Virus record (IMG/VR): IMGVR_UViG_3300005069_000001
Direction: 5' to 3' (one strand)
DNA: 41,346 nucleotides
Source of the DNA: a virus
This document shows positions 30,409 to 40,015 of this stretch, piece after piece. The notes below the pieces were generated by a model. It saw only the letters and a program-made list of their open reading frames with translations, had not been told where the DNA came from and searched no databases. How positions within the stretch are numbered: position 1 is the first letter of the stretch; every line of letters begins with the position of its first letter. A program made the position numbers and the translations under genes.

Positions 30409-32901
30409 TTAAGTCCTTAAAGCCATTAAATATGATTTGTTGATTGTTTTATCATCGTATGGCATATCGCCATTCTCCATGGTTATTATTGCTTTTAAAA
30501 GTTCTCTTGCTTGTGTTTGACTTTTCATATTGATTTTATCATTTGGAGAGATACCCATTTTTCTAGCCACAAAAGAAATATATTGTTTTGTGTTGTTTTC
30601 ATTGTTTGGAGCAAACCTATTTAATATTTTTGTTATTGTATTGTTACCATTTTTTTCATAGTTTTTCAATAATTTAAAACCAGCACGCAATCCATGTTCA
30701 GGTGTTTCAAATTGTGCAAAACGTCCATCGGTACTGCTTTGTCCTTGCCAATCATTATTAGCATTATGTTCAATATTAAGGGGATTATTATTTCTTAATC
30801 CACGCTGTTCATATTGTGTTTGATTGCTTGCTTGTGGTTTTTGCGTACGAATACGTTTTAAAATATCCTGCATTCTTGTATCTGTATCAGTAACAGTATT
30901 TTGCTTTTTTTCATAAAAACCACGCTTAATATCATCAATAGTGCGTCTTTGTGGTTGTGATTGTTGGATTTCTGATTGTGGATTACTCATCGCATTCATA
31001 GCCTGCCCAGTCATGCGTGATGATTGCGAGGCTATAGTATCAGCATTGTTTGATATTGCGTCAAGTGTGTTAATGCCACTTTGACCTGCGATAGATTTAG
31101 CAACGTATTTAGGATTTTGATTAATTCCTTTTTGATACGCTCTATTAACAGCAAAAGTACCGCCTGCTATAGGTATTGCGGTTGGGTTATAAATTGAAGC
31201 ACCACCAACCCCTGCTAAAGCACTTTTTTGAAAAGTATCAGAACCGCCTTTTTTAGGTAAAAACTGTTTTGCAATGCGTGCTAAGTCTACTAAATCATCT
31301 TCTCCAGTCGATATTTTATCAGACGGTATAAAATCATTAGCACCAACTTTATTGATTAAATCTGTTGGATTTAATTCACCATCAGGCGATTTTTTTAATA
31401 AAGATTGTATGGTTTTGTAATATTTGTATTGTTGTCTTGCTATTGCTAATTGTGCGGATTTTTCAGGTGATAAATTTTTACTTGCAATGTCATCAATGAC
31501 ATCAATTATTTTTGAAACATATTTTCTTGCTTTGGGGTCAAAATCAGGCATTGATAAAACCAAATCAGAACGAATACTCGATAGTTTTTGTCCATTTAGT
31601 TTTTTTTGTATCTCCTTTATTTCCATAGGATTACCGTATTTATCAACAATACTACTTGCTTTTTTTTCTGTTTGTAAATTTACATTTACATTTTTAATTT
31701 GTTTTTTAACAACATTTAAAGCATCGCTATTGTCGCCGAGTTTGTCTGTTGCTTCGTAAATAATATTATTAATTCTTTTGGCATCATCTGTACTAAATTT
31801 AACGTCAACACCATCTAAAACATCGTTAAACATTTTTGAATTTTTTGTACGAAAAGATTTTATTGAATCAGGTGTTAAATCCTCAATTCCCATAGTGCCA
31901 GCAACTGCTTTATTCCACGTTGTTTTTAAAGCTGTTTCTTGTGCGTCAACACCGCTAAATGGTATTTCTTGACTAACTTTTTGTACGGTATTTCTTACTC
32001 TTGAGGGGTTTATTTGGTCAAGCCTAAGGGGTAATTTAAATTTATCAATTGCAATCTTTGCTAAGTTTTTAATATTTTTATCAACTTTTGGCACAATTTG
32101 TCGTCCAACCGCACCAGCACCTTTTGCAATTGCCCCACCAGCAACACCCACCGCTGTATCAATCGCTTTTCTTTGTGCAAAACTTGACAAATCACCACTT
32201 TCTTTATCAGAGGTAACATAAGGCGTTAATCCTGCACCAATAGCAGACGATTTTACAAGTTTACCTGCCCCTGCTAATTTTGATTTAATGCCGCTTTTTA
32301 AAATTTGTTTACCTGCATTTAACGCATCGTCAACTTTACCAATAGCACCAATAGGAGCTAAAATTCCTGCACCGCCACGAATTAAAGCAGGCGTTAAACC
32401 TGTTCCATAATTTTTTTCAAAATCAGCTTGTTGTCCTTGTGCTACTTTATCAAATTTACCAGTGTAATCTAATTTATTTTCTAAATCAGGATTATAACCT
32501 ACTTTGTTTGCTAAATAATCAGCACCTTTGCCTAATGCTTTTAATCCATAAGCCCCTAATTGAGAAGCACCAGTAACTGTATCAGACATAGCCATATCAG
32601 CATAACCCAATGGACTATAGGGGCTGTAATCACGATAAGGAGACGATTCGCCTTGCGTTGCACCACTTACTTTAAAAGCGTCCATTTCTTTTTTTTGTGC
32701 GTCAGTAAAATCTTGTGTTTTATACCGTTTGCCATTCATAACTGCATCAGGCTGTTCTTGCTGTGAAGTCTGCATCGCTTGCGTTGGTTGTTTTTGTAAC
32801 TGCAAGCCGCCATATTCTTTTTGAATAACCGCTTTTATTGCGTTATCGTCCATATCGTCAGGGAATTGCAAAATATCATTGCCAACACGTATTTTTTGCA
32901 T
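30409..32901 (-). CDS. Internal virion/ejection protein (830 aa) with a C-terminal conserved RNNNPxNI virion-protein domain
   Basis: Position between the ejection proteins and the fiber. C-terminal RGLRNNNPLNIEHNANNDWQGQSSTDGRFAQFETPEHGLRAGFKLLKNY...RFAPNNENNTKQYISFV. Confidence 0.6.
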   Translation of the reverse strand: MQKIRVGNDILQFPDDMDDNAIKAVIQKEYGGLQLQKQPTQAMQTSQQEQPDAVMNGKRYKTQDFTDAQKKEMDAFKVSGATQGESSPYRDYSPYSPLGYADMAMSDTVTGASQLGAYGLKALGKGADYLANKVGYNPDLENKLDYTGKFDKVAQGQQADFEKNYGTGLTPALIRGGAGILAPIGAIGKVDDALNAGKQILKSGIKSKLAGAGKLVKSSAIGAGLTPYVTSDKESGDLSSFAQRKAIDTAVGVAGGAIAKGAGAVGRQIVPKVDKNIKNLAKIAIDKFKLPLRLDQINPSRVRNTVQKVSQEIPFSGVDAQETALKTTWNKAVAGTMGIEDLTPDSIKSFRTKNSKMFNDVLDGVDVKFSTDDAKRINNIIYEATDKLGDNSDALNVVKKQIKNVNVNLQTEKKASSIVDKYGNPMEIKEIQKKLNGQKLSSIRSDLVLSMPDFDPKARKYVSKIIDVIDDIASKNLSPEKSAQLAIARQQYKYYKTIQSLLKKSPDGELNPTDLINKVGANDFIPSDKISTGEDDLVDLARIAKQFLPKKGGSDTFQKSALAGVGGASIYNPTAIPIAGGTFAVNRAYQKGINQNPKYVAKSIAGQSGINTLDAISNNADTIASQSSRMTGQAMNAMSNPQSEIQQSQPQRRTIDDIKRGFYEKKQNTVTDTDTRMQDILKRIRTQKPQASNQTQYEQRGLRNNNPLNIEHNANNDWQGQSSTDGRFAQFETPEHGLRAGFKLLKNYEKNGNNTITKILNRFAPNNENNTKQYISFVARKMGISPNDKINMKSQTQARELLKAIITMENGDMPYDDKTINKSYLMALRT

Positions 32902-34307
32902 TATTCAAAATTCCCTGTTTGTAGATTATATGTTCTTATGCGTTCTTGCGTTTGATTGCTTTGTTGCGTCTGTGGTTGTTGCCCTTGCCCTTGTGATTGC
33001 CCCAAAACACGACCATATTCAGCTTGAAACGCTCTTTCTATAGAGTCTTGTGCAACTCTTAGTTGTCTAATTGCATCGTCCATATTTTGCTTTAATTGTT
33101 CAGGACGCTGCGCTTGCGTTAAATTACTTATAGAATCTTGTAATGCTTCAAATTCTTTTACCGCAACTTGTCCCAATGTACCGCCTTGACTTTTCAATTT
33201 AAGTAACGAATCCAAACCAAAGCGTGAGTTTAAAGTCTTTAATTGCACTTTTAAATCATTATAATCAGATACAGGCATTATTTTTAATAACCCCTCCCAA
33301 CCTGCTGTATTGCTACCTACTTTTGATTTAGCTTGCTCTAATTTACTAATAGTATCATCAATTCCCGAAATAGATTGTGCTGTTACGTTTTCTGCTATTG
33401 GTAAATCTTGGGTTAATTGTTGGATTTTTTTAGCGTCTATTTGATTTAATTCAGCCGTGTTTTTGCCTGTGATTATTTCCTGTTCTGCATTAACACGCAT
33501 ATTTTGTTCTGCTTGTTTAGCAGGAAGTTGTGCATTAGCTTCTGCGCCTTTAACAGTACTATTAATTGTTGCTAATGCAGTGTCATAATTAGGCTTGACA
33601 ACTGTTTTACCATCAACAATTTGCAATCCTTTATCATCTAATTTTAAAGTGTCTCGGAATAAATTATAATCAGTATAATCCCCTGTTTGGTCGCCTTTGT
33701 CTTTTAATTCTTTTAATTTTGCATATGATTGTAAACTAGCAGGAGAGCCATAAGAACGTGCATCTCTTTGCTCTTGAAGCATTGCTTCGGAATATTTTAT
33801 TAACTGATTTTCAGTTTCTGGGCTATATTCTGTAGGGTCTGTTTCGTCTTGAATACCCATATCTATAGCTTTTTGAATTTGACGCTTATAAACGTCCTCT
33901 TTAATGGCAGGGTCTGAACTTTTTAAAATTCGTGCTGTATCTACTATCCATTGATTTTCTAATTCTTGTTTTTTTACATTTTGAGCAATTTCATTTGATT
34001 TTAAAGTGCTTTGTGTTGTTAGGTTATTATTATACCCTGCTGTAGCGTTAGGACTCACACGACTAATTAAACCTGCTTCATACTGATTTAAATCACGACC
34101 CTCTAATTGTGCTTGTCGTATCATGTCATCAACTTTAGAACGTGCAATAGCGTCTCTTGACTGATTAAGCATTTCTAAACCGCCTATATCGGCATATTTA
34201 CTATCTAATACTGGATTAAATGAACCGCTTGGAATTGGTTGTAAATTAGCCATGAAATTATTAAGAATACCACTCATTAAAACCAACTCCCTATCGTATT
34301 TAGCCAA
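32901..34307 (-). CDS. Internal virion/ejection protein (468 aa)
   Basis: Helical, Q/E/K-rich. Syntenic with the P22 ejection-protein block. Confidence 0.5.
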   Translation of the reverse strand: MAKYDRELVLMSGILNNFMANLQPIPSGSFNPVLDSKYADIGGLEMLNQSRDAIARSKVDDMIRQAQLEGRDLNQYEAGLISRVSPNATAGYNNNLTTQSTLKSNEIAQNVKKQELENQWIVDTARILKSSDPAIKEDVYKRQIQKAIDMGIQDETDPTEYSPETENQLIKYSEAMLQEQRDARSYGSPASLQSYAKLKELKDKGDQTGDYTDYNLFRDTLKLDDKGLQIVDGKTVVKPNYDTALATINSTVKGAEANAQLPAKQAEQNMRVNAEQEIITGKNTAELNQIDAKKIQQLTQDLPIAENVTAQSISGIDDTISKLEQAKSKVGSNTAGWEGLLKIMPVSDYNDLKVQLKTLNSRFGLDSLLKLKSQGGTLGQVAVKEFEALQDSISNLTQAQRPEQLKQNMDDAIRQLRVAQDSIERAFQAEYGRVLGQSQGQGQQPQTQQSNQTQERIRTYNLQTGNFE

Positions 34308-35542
34308 CTAGAATTGCCAGTATTAGAACCACCACTAGAACCACCCAGTATATTTTTAAACAAATCACCAATACCGCCGCCAGTAGAACTGCCACTTTGT
34401 CCACCACCTAAAATATTACCTAAAAGATTACCGCCTGTAGTAACTAAATTTGATACTGGTTTAATGTTTGATGTTTGATTGTATTGTTGCTGTGCAATTT
34501 TACCTAAAATATCATTTAACACACCTTGATTTTGCATACCAATATTCGCTTGGTTTTGATTTTTACCCATAATAATATTAGCTAAATCATTGTAGCGATT
34601 ATCTGTAGCACCTGTTCTTTCTTGATAACCAAACTTAATTAAATCATTATTCATGTTTGTGCTGTTATTAATATTAGTCAATGCTTGTTGATTATATGCA
34701 CCTGTATTTTGATTAACAGCATTAGTATAATCTTGATTAGCACCTGCTAAGGCATTAGCTCTATTTGCACTTGTATTGCCTAACGCTGTAGCGTAATTTT
34801 GACGTAAATTACCTTGTGCATTGGTTGCGTTTAATCCTTGTGCCGATTGCCCTGCTAATTGATTAAGATAGCTATCATAACCTTGTTGTGCCATGTCTTG
34901 ACCATACTTCATAGCCTCTTTAATTGCAGCACCACCCAATAAAGCACCCCGAGCAGACGCAGACCTATCAAGTGCATTCATACCCTCTTTATATCGAAAG
35001 TCATAGCCGGGTGTTTTGATATAATCCGCAACACGAGTATTAGGGTCACCAGTTAAAAATCTATCTAACAATCCTTGTGCGTTATTACCACCCTGTGTAT
35101 ATGAATTATATGCATTTATAGCAGGATTCATTTGACTTGATAAATCATTGCGTGAATCATTGTACCCTTGCTGTACAAGGTTTTTTTGTGTGTTTAAATT
35201 GCTTGCTAACTGATTGTTTTGCGTATTTAAATTATTAGCATTAATTGCTGTTGATTTGTCGTATTGATTGTTGCTTTGTTGATTTAACGCATTTGAAGTT
35301 TGTCCAACCATATGCATTAAATCATCATATTTATTCTTGCTATACCCTGCCGTTGCATCATAAGCATTATTCATTAAGCCTATAGCATTATTGCTTGCTT
35401 GCGTATTTTGTGCCATTGCGTCACGATAACGCTGGATAATGTCATTATAGGCTTTTTGATTTTGAAAATAATCGTAAGCGGATATACCAAGATTAGATAA
35501 ATCTGTCATTAAACTTGGAGCAGGGGTTGTTTCATTAGCCAT
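34277..35542 (-). CDS. N/Q-rich internal virion/ejection protein with a Gly-rich C-terminus (421 aa)
   Basis: Low-complexity N/Q repeats (NNLNTQNNQLASNLNTQKNLVQQGYN). C-terminal GGGQSGSSTGGGIGDLFKNILGGSSGGSNTG. Confidence 0.5.
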   Translation of the reverse strand: MANETTPAPSLMTDLSNLGISAYDYFQNQKAYNDIIQRYRDAMAQNTQASNNAIGLMNNAYDATAGYSKNKYDDLMHMVGQTSNALNQQSNNQYDKSTAINANNLNTQNNQLASNLNTQKNLVQQGYNDSRNDLSSQMNPAINAYNSYTQGGNNAQGLLDRFLTGDPNTRVADYIKTPGYDFRYKEGMNALDRSASARGALLGGAAIKEAMKYGQDMAQQGYDSYLNQLAGQSAQGLNATNAQGNLRQNYATALGNTSANRANALAGANQDYTNAVNQNTGAYNQQALTNINNSTNMNNDLIKFGYQERTGATDNRYNDLANIIMGKNQNQANIGMQNQGVLNDILGKIAQQQYNQTSNIKPVSNLVTTGGNLLGNILGGGQSGSSTGGGIGDLFKNILGGSSGGSNTGNSSWLNTIGSWF

Positions 35543-36029
35543 TCATGCCACCATGCTTTGCTTTTAAATTATTAAGAAGCATATCTGTTAATTCTTTCCG
35601 AGGTCTTGATGTAAGAGGAGATTGATTGTTAAGCAATGCCATTTTTTGAATCGGCGTATCTTGCATGATATTGACGCTTGGAGATTGTGGGGCAATAACA
35701 GTACCACCTTGTGCTTGTTGCCCACCGCCTAAAATGCCGCCTAACATACCACCAATACCGCCACCACCGCCAAGGATACCACCAAGACTGCCTGCACCAT
35801 AAGCCATAGCACCATTTAAACCTTGTTTTAGTGCTTTATCCATGTCGCCGTTTAAAACATTAACACTTGCACTACCCATACTTCCCACTGGAGCGCCAAC
35901 GGTTGCCATGCCTGCAATATTATAATACGGCACAAAACCACCGCCGTTAGGGTCAAAACCTAGGGCATCGTCCATAGTTGCATTAACTGCCTTGGTAACG
36001 CCTTTTGTAACTTTTTTAAACCAACCCAT
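35535..36029 (-). CDS. Gly-rich virion protein (164 aa)
   Basis: GSLGGILGGGGGIGGMLGGILGGGQQAQGG. Confidence 0.5.
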   Translation of the reverse strand: MGWFKKVTKGVTKAVNATMDDALGFDPNGGGFVPYYNIAGMATVGAPVGSMGSASVNVLNGDMDKALKQGLNGAMAYGAGSLGGILGGGGGIGGMLGGILGGGQQAQGGTVIAPQSPSVNIMQDTPIQKMALLNNQSPLTSRPRKELTDMLLNNLKAKHGGMNG

Positions 36030-36436
36030 TAACCTATCCTACGCCAGTTTGTACCGTCACTCATAATTGTAGCATAACCATTACTTGCTAAAACCAACGT
36101 CGTTGAACCGTCTATAGTTTCAGTTGAAAAACCGTCGATTGTTAAATTATTTGTGCCAGTATTTTTGAATTTTATGTATCTACCTTGTAGATTAACTGCT
36201 GTAGGCAAATTTGCCGTAATTGCCCCTGATGTTGTATCAATCAAAAGCATTTCATAATCTTTTGTAACAGTTACAGGACTGCTAGAAAACGTATTGATAG
36301 TATAACTTGGATTGTATATTTTATCAAACAATTTTTGCAAGAACAAAAACCAATAATTAGTAAAATACATTCGATTGTTTTTTAATTGAACAGCTTCAAA
36401 ACCTATTATTGGAGGTGCATTATTCGTCATCTTCAA
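36029..36436 (-). CDS. Small tail protein (135 aa), in the position of the P22 gp26 needle/plug
   Basis: Directly after the gp10-like gene. C-terminal beta-rich ...NLTIDGFSTETIDGSTTLVLASNGYATIMSDGTNWRRIG. Confidence 0.4.
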   Translation of the reverse strand: MKMTNNAPPIIGFEAVQLKNNRMYFTNYWFLFLQKLFDKIYNPSYTINTFSSSPVTVTKDYEMLLIDTTSGAITANLPTAVNLQGRYIKFKNTGTNNLTIDGFSTETIDGSTTLVLASNGYATIMSDGTNWRRIG

Positions 36437-37832
36437 CCTCTAATCGTATTTTACAACTTGCAATACTGATAGAAACATTACTCGATGTTTCAAATTTATA
36501 AATTCTCTTTCTTGAAACGCCTAAGTTTCTAAATTCTATTTTGCGTCCATATTGTGTATTTGTGCCAAGAGATAGGCTTCGTTTTGTGCTATATGTAAAC
36601 CCGCCATCATCTGAATATGACATTTCTATTGTAGGTGAAATGCCAACATCTGCTGTACCAGTAGTAATTACAGGTTGTATTGAATGATGTATAACACGTT
36701 TACCATCACCTTGAATAACTGTTGTGGTAAATACTTTTTCAATGTCATCACCATCATCATCGGTATTATCTTGATTAATAAAATAAATTTTACTACCGAT
36801 TGAACAAATTGTGTTTTTAGTATTTTGCTCTAGAAACGCATTTTGCACAAATCGAGGTCTCCAATATGTATAACCTTCACTTGTTCTTTTGTGCCATTCT
36901 AAAGTTTGCAAATTGCAACATACTGTAAACCCTGCATCTTCTACAGTAATTCCATAAAACCATTGACCATTTTCACGAAATGAAAATCCAATAGCATTAA
37001 CAGCACTGATATTTTGAAATAATTTATCTATTGTTTCATTCGATATTTTTGTAAAACTATACCCACTTATTTTATAAACAAGACCATTTCTTGATAAAAA
37101 ATAAACTTCATTTAAAATTGCGACAGGGGTTAAATCTGCACCACACCCCAATGTTGTATTTGCCGTTCCTTTAATTGCTTCAAATGGAAATGTTGAATTG
37201 CCTGTATTTTGAAAAAACTCAATAGAACGTGTACCAAAAGCGTATAATATGCCAGCACAAGATAAAACCCTTATAATATTATCTGATTTTTGCGTTGCAC
37301 TTGCAAAATCCAAAGACGAAAACGTACGACCATTAAGCAATGCCGATATAAAGAATTGTTGTGAACTTCTTTTACGAAATATAAAATAACCGTCCATATC
37401 GGTAAATGTTTTTGGATTATATGGCAATGATGGATTATACAATGTACCCGATTCAAGAACTCTATATACTGAATCAACTCCATATTTCCATGATAAAAAT
37501 GCTATTTGACCAACCGAGTTATCAAGAATATCATAAACCTCCCCTGATGCTGTTGTAAAAGCATAATCAGCAACCAAAGTGCCTGTTAAATCATATTTTC
37601 GTATTTTTGTTGTACCTACAACATAATAAAAGTTATTTATATATGTTAAGCCTCTAATTTCTTCCCCTGTATCTATAAATAAATCTAAACCGCCCCTTTG
37701 ACGTAATGTATATTCACTTTCTTCTCCATACTGATTAGGTATCGAGTACATATTTTGTAACAGTTGATTATTAGGGTTTTTAGCACTATTAACTGATACT
37801 TCTTTTGATAAGGGGATATTTATTTTAGGCAT
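36420..37832 (-). CDS. Tail hub protein, P22 gp10-like (470 aa)
   Basis: Size (P22 gp10 is ~472 aa). N-terminal MPKINIPL.. Beta-propeller-like repeats. The C-terminal ...SIASCKIRLE resembles the P22 gp10 terminus ...LSGCQIRLE (from memory). Confidence 0.6.
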   Translation of the reverse strand: MPKINIPLSKEVSVNSAKNPNNQLLQNMYSIPNQYGEESEYTLRQRGGLDLFIDTGEEIRGLTYINNFYYVVGTTKIRKYDLTGTLVADYAFTTASGEVYDILDNSVGQIAFLSWKYGVDSVYRVLESGTLYNPSLPYNPKTFTDMDGYFIFRKRSSQQFFISALLNGRTFSSLDFASATQKSDNIIRVLSCAGILYAFGTRSIEFFQNTGNSTFPFEAIKGTANTTLGCGADLTPVAILNEVYFLSRNGLVYKISGYSFTKISNETIDKLFQNISAVNAIGFSFRENGQWFYGITVEDAGFTVCCNLQTLEWHKRTSEGYTYWRPRFVQNAFLEQNTKNTICSIGSKIYFINQDNTDDDGDDIEKVFTTTVIQGDGKRVIHHSIQPVITTGTADVGISPTIEMSYSDDGGFTYSTKRSLSLGTNTQYGRKIEFRNLGVSRKRIYKFETSSNVSISIASCKIRLEVEDDE

Positions 37833-38776
37833 TAATCAAAAATCCCCTCTGAAAAACCAACACTCATTGACGAATCTTCAAAATCATGCAATCGTTGCAA
37901 TGAAAATAATCTTTCGACCTCTGCACCTAATAGGCTTGCTTTACTATAAAACCCATTTTGCATAGCAAGCCTTTGAGCAAGCGTATAAATGATAATATCA
38001 TAATATTCATTCGGAGATGGTATTGTATCAGTTGAACTATCTAAATCATCAAAGGGTTTTTCAATAACAAGATTAATGTATTGACTTTCATTTTCTGATT
38101 GCGGATATAAAAACAACCGCCCTTCGTCTATTTTAGGCTGATAATAATATTGCGTTGGATTGCCTGCCATAGCTTTATATGATAACGCTTGATATTCATT
38201 CATTGACATTTTACTAATGCCTATTTCTGAATTAGTGTCATATTGTACTGTAGCGTCTGAAATACTTAAAGGTTTTGTTATGCGTGCTGTATATGAATAC
38301 ACCTTTGCATCAACGGCAAAAGCACTTGTAAACGCACTTGAAACGGTTATTACATTTGTTGCAACATTACTTACAGTACGCCATACAAAGACATTGCTTG
38401 AATTTAATACCCCAATTGTATCAGATACCGCAATTCCTGAACCGCTTGCAACAGTAAAAGACGTATCGCTTGATGCAATAGCAACGCTTAATTTTGTTTG
38501 TATAAAATCGTTTTTTAAAATAAACCTATCGCCTGATTCAGATAGTGTATATTCTGATTGTGCAAGCTTAGGAATTAGAACAGCACTTTCATAAGACCAT
38601 AATCGCAAACCCCTTGCCATAAGGTTTTTCATAATAATATTAAGCGATTGTGAAGCGTTGGTGATTTCCGTTGATGATAATGTTTCAACAGGGTCTATGA
38701 TAGACGCTAGCCTGTAAGCCTCGTAAATAATATCATTACGAGTAAGGCTAAAATTAAAATTATTCGAGACCGACAT
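37832..38776 (-). CDS. Head-to-tail adaptor with a P22 gp4-like N-terminal domain (314 aa)
   Basis: DIIYEAYRLASIIDPVETLSSTEITNASQSLNIIMKNLMARGLRLW parallels gp4 DLVRAALRKLGV....[23 protein letters not shown] (from memory). Sits directly upstream of the gp10-like gene. Confidence 0.45.
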   Translation of the reverse strand: MSVSNNFNFSLTRNDIIYEAYRLASIIDPVETLSSTEITNASQSLNIIMKNLMARGLRLWSYESAVLIPKLAQSEYTLSESGDRFILKNDFIQTKLSVAIASSDTSFTVASGSGIAVSDTIGVLNSSNVFVWRTVSNVATNVITVSSAFTSAFAVDAKVYSYTARITKPLSISDATVQYDTNSEIGISKMSMNEYQALSYKAMAGNPTQYYYQPKIDEGRLFLYPQSENESQYINLVIEKPFDDLDSSTDTIPSPNEYYDIIIYTLAQRLAMQNGFYSKASLLGAEVERLFSLQRLHDFEDSSMSVGFSEGIFD

Positions 38777-38981
38777 ATCCTGTTAAACTCACATCTACAA
38801 GGTTTCTAGGGCGTGGATTTTTAACTGCTATTATTTCATTAATAGGTTTAGCCATTAATTCTTGTGGGTGTTGTTCATACCAATATTTATAATAAACACG
38901 TTTACCGTCATAAGTCATGCGTGTTTGTGATGCAAGCACTACTTGACCGCTAACATCGCATTGAACTTTATAATCAGTCAT
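38760..38981 (-). CDS. Hypothetical head/neck protein (73 aa)
   Basis: Packed ORF in the late operon. Confidence 0.5.
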   Translation of the reverse strand: MTDYKVQCDVSGQVVLASQTRMTYDGKRVYYKYWYEQHPQELMAKPINEIIAVKNPRPRNLVDVSLTGYVGLE

Positions 38982-39319
38982 TATTCAATATCTCTAATGA
39001 TTAATTTTAAATCTCGACTAGCACCTTCTGTGCCGTTAGAAATAACTTTAATCCATTGACTTAATGCCGAAACATCGTTTGCATTAATTTGAACAGTGGA
39101 ACTTGCAACAAAAGGAATTGTTAATGCTGTCCCTGCCGCTATATAATGATTTCTATAAGTTCCTGATTGTAAATGTGATGATGTTAACGTAACGGAAGTA
39201 CCAGTCATTGTTGCAGGGAATTGAATCCCCACAACAACACCTGATGGAACGCCGACAGCAGTCGATGTTGTTGAACCGTTAGGAATGTTAACCGCAACCT
39301 TTGCCGACCTATTAGCCAT
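38981..39319 (-). CDS. Hypothetical beta-rich head-associated protein (112 aa)
   Basis: S/T/V-rich, and 1-nt overlaps on both sides. Confidence 0.5.
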   Translation of the reverse strand: MANRSAKVAVNIPNGSTTSTAVGVPSGVVVGIQFPATMTGTSVTLTSSHLQSGTYRNHYIAAGTALTIPFVASSTVQINANDVSALSQWIKVISNGTEGASRDLKLIIRDIE

Positions 39320-40011
39320 TAAAACTCACCTTGTGAATGAATATAATTGATACTTAATACTCTTGATACCGCAGAAGCGTTTTGCACGCCATACGATAAC
39401 GTAAGAGGAACGGTTGGTAAATTAGTTAAATCTGTTTGTGTAACAGTTTTAGCACCATTTACAAATACTTCAATTTTGCCAGCACCATTGTAATAATAAG
39501 CTAACTCAATAAACGTATCATTAACAACAGTAGCAACAGACGCAAGAGTCGTTAATGTACTTGATTTAGCAAGGATTAAACTCACCGAAGCTGTACTATT
39601 AACTTTTAAGAAATACACGCCGTCAGAAACTGCTAAAGGTGTTGTATCTGTTTTTTGCAATCCAAACACTAATTGTGAATTAGTTACGTTATCGACTTTA
39701 AAACGTGTTTTAAACACAATCTTTTTATTTGCTTCAAATAAAAAAGGCTCTATTGTTGTTGAGTTGCCACCCTTCCATTGCAAAAAGATATTATCCGCAT
39801 TGGAAGCACCATTGGTAAGAGTTAAAAGACCGCCCTTACCTGCTGTAATTGTCGCAGTACCACTACCAGTTGTTGTAACTGTATAGTTCCCTGCAAGATA
39901 TTCTGAACCATTTTGAAGTATGCCATAAGTCCGAGAAGAGTTTAAAGCAGGGAAATCATAATTCAGTCCAAGTCTATCGTCTGAAACCCCATTAGGGAAA
40001 TGACTTACCAT
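39319..40011 (-). CDS. Beta-rich (jelly-roll/lectin-like) head-associated protein (230 aa), possible decoration protein
   Basis: Immediately downstream of the capsid gene. Pattern KIVFKTRFKVDNVTNSQLVFGLQ...GVYFLK...FIELAYYYNG...IEVFVNG. Confidence 0.45.
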   Translation of the reverse strand: MVSHFPNGVSDDRLGLNYDFPALNSSRTYGILQNGSEYLAGNYTVTTTGSGTATITAGKGGLLTLTNGASNADNIFLQWKGGNSTTIEPFLFEANKKIVFKTRFKVDNVTNSQLVFGLQKTDTTPLAVSDGVYFLKVNSTASVSLILAKSSTLTTLASVATVVNDTFIELAYYYNGAGKIEVFVNGAKTVTQTDLTNLPTVPLTLSYGVQNASAVSRVLSINYIHSQGEF

Positions 40012-40015
40012 CTAT

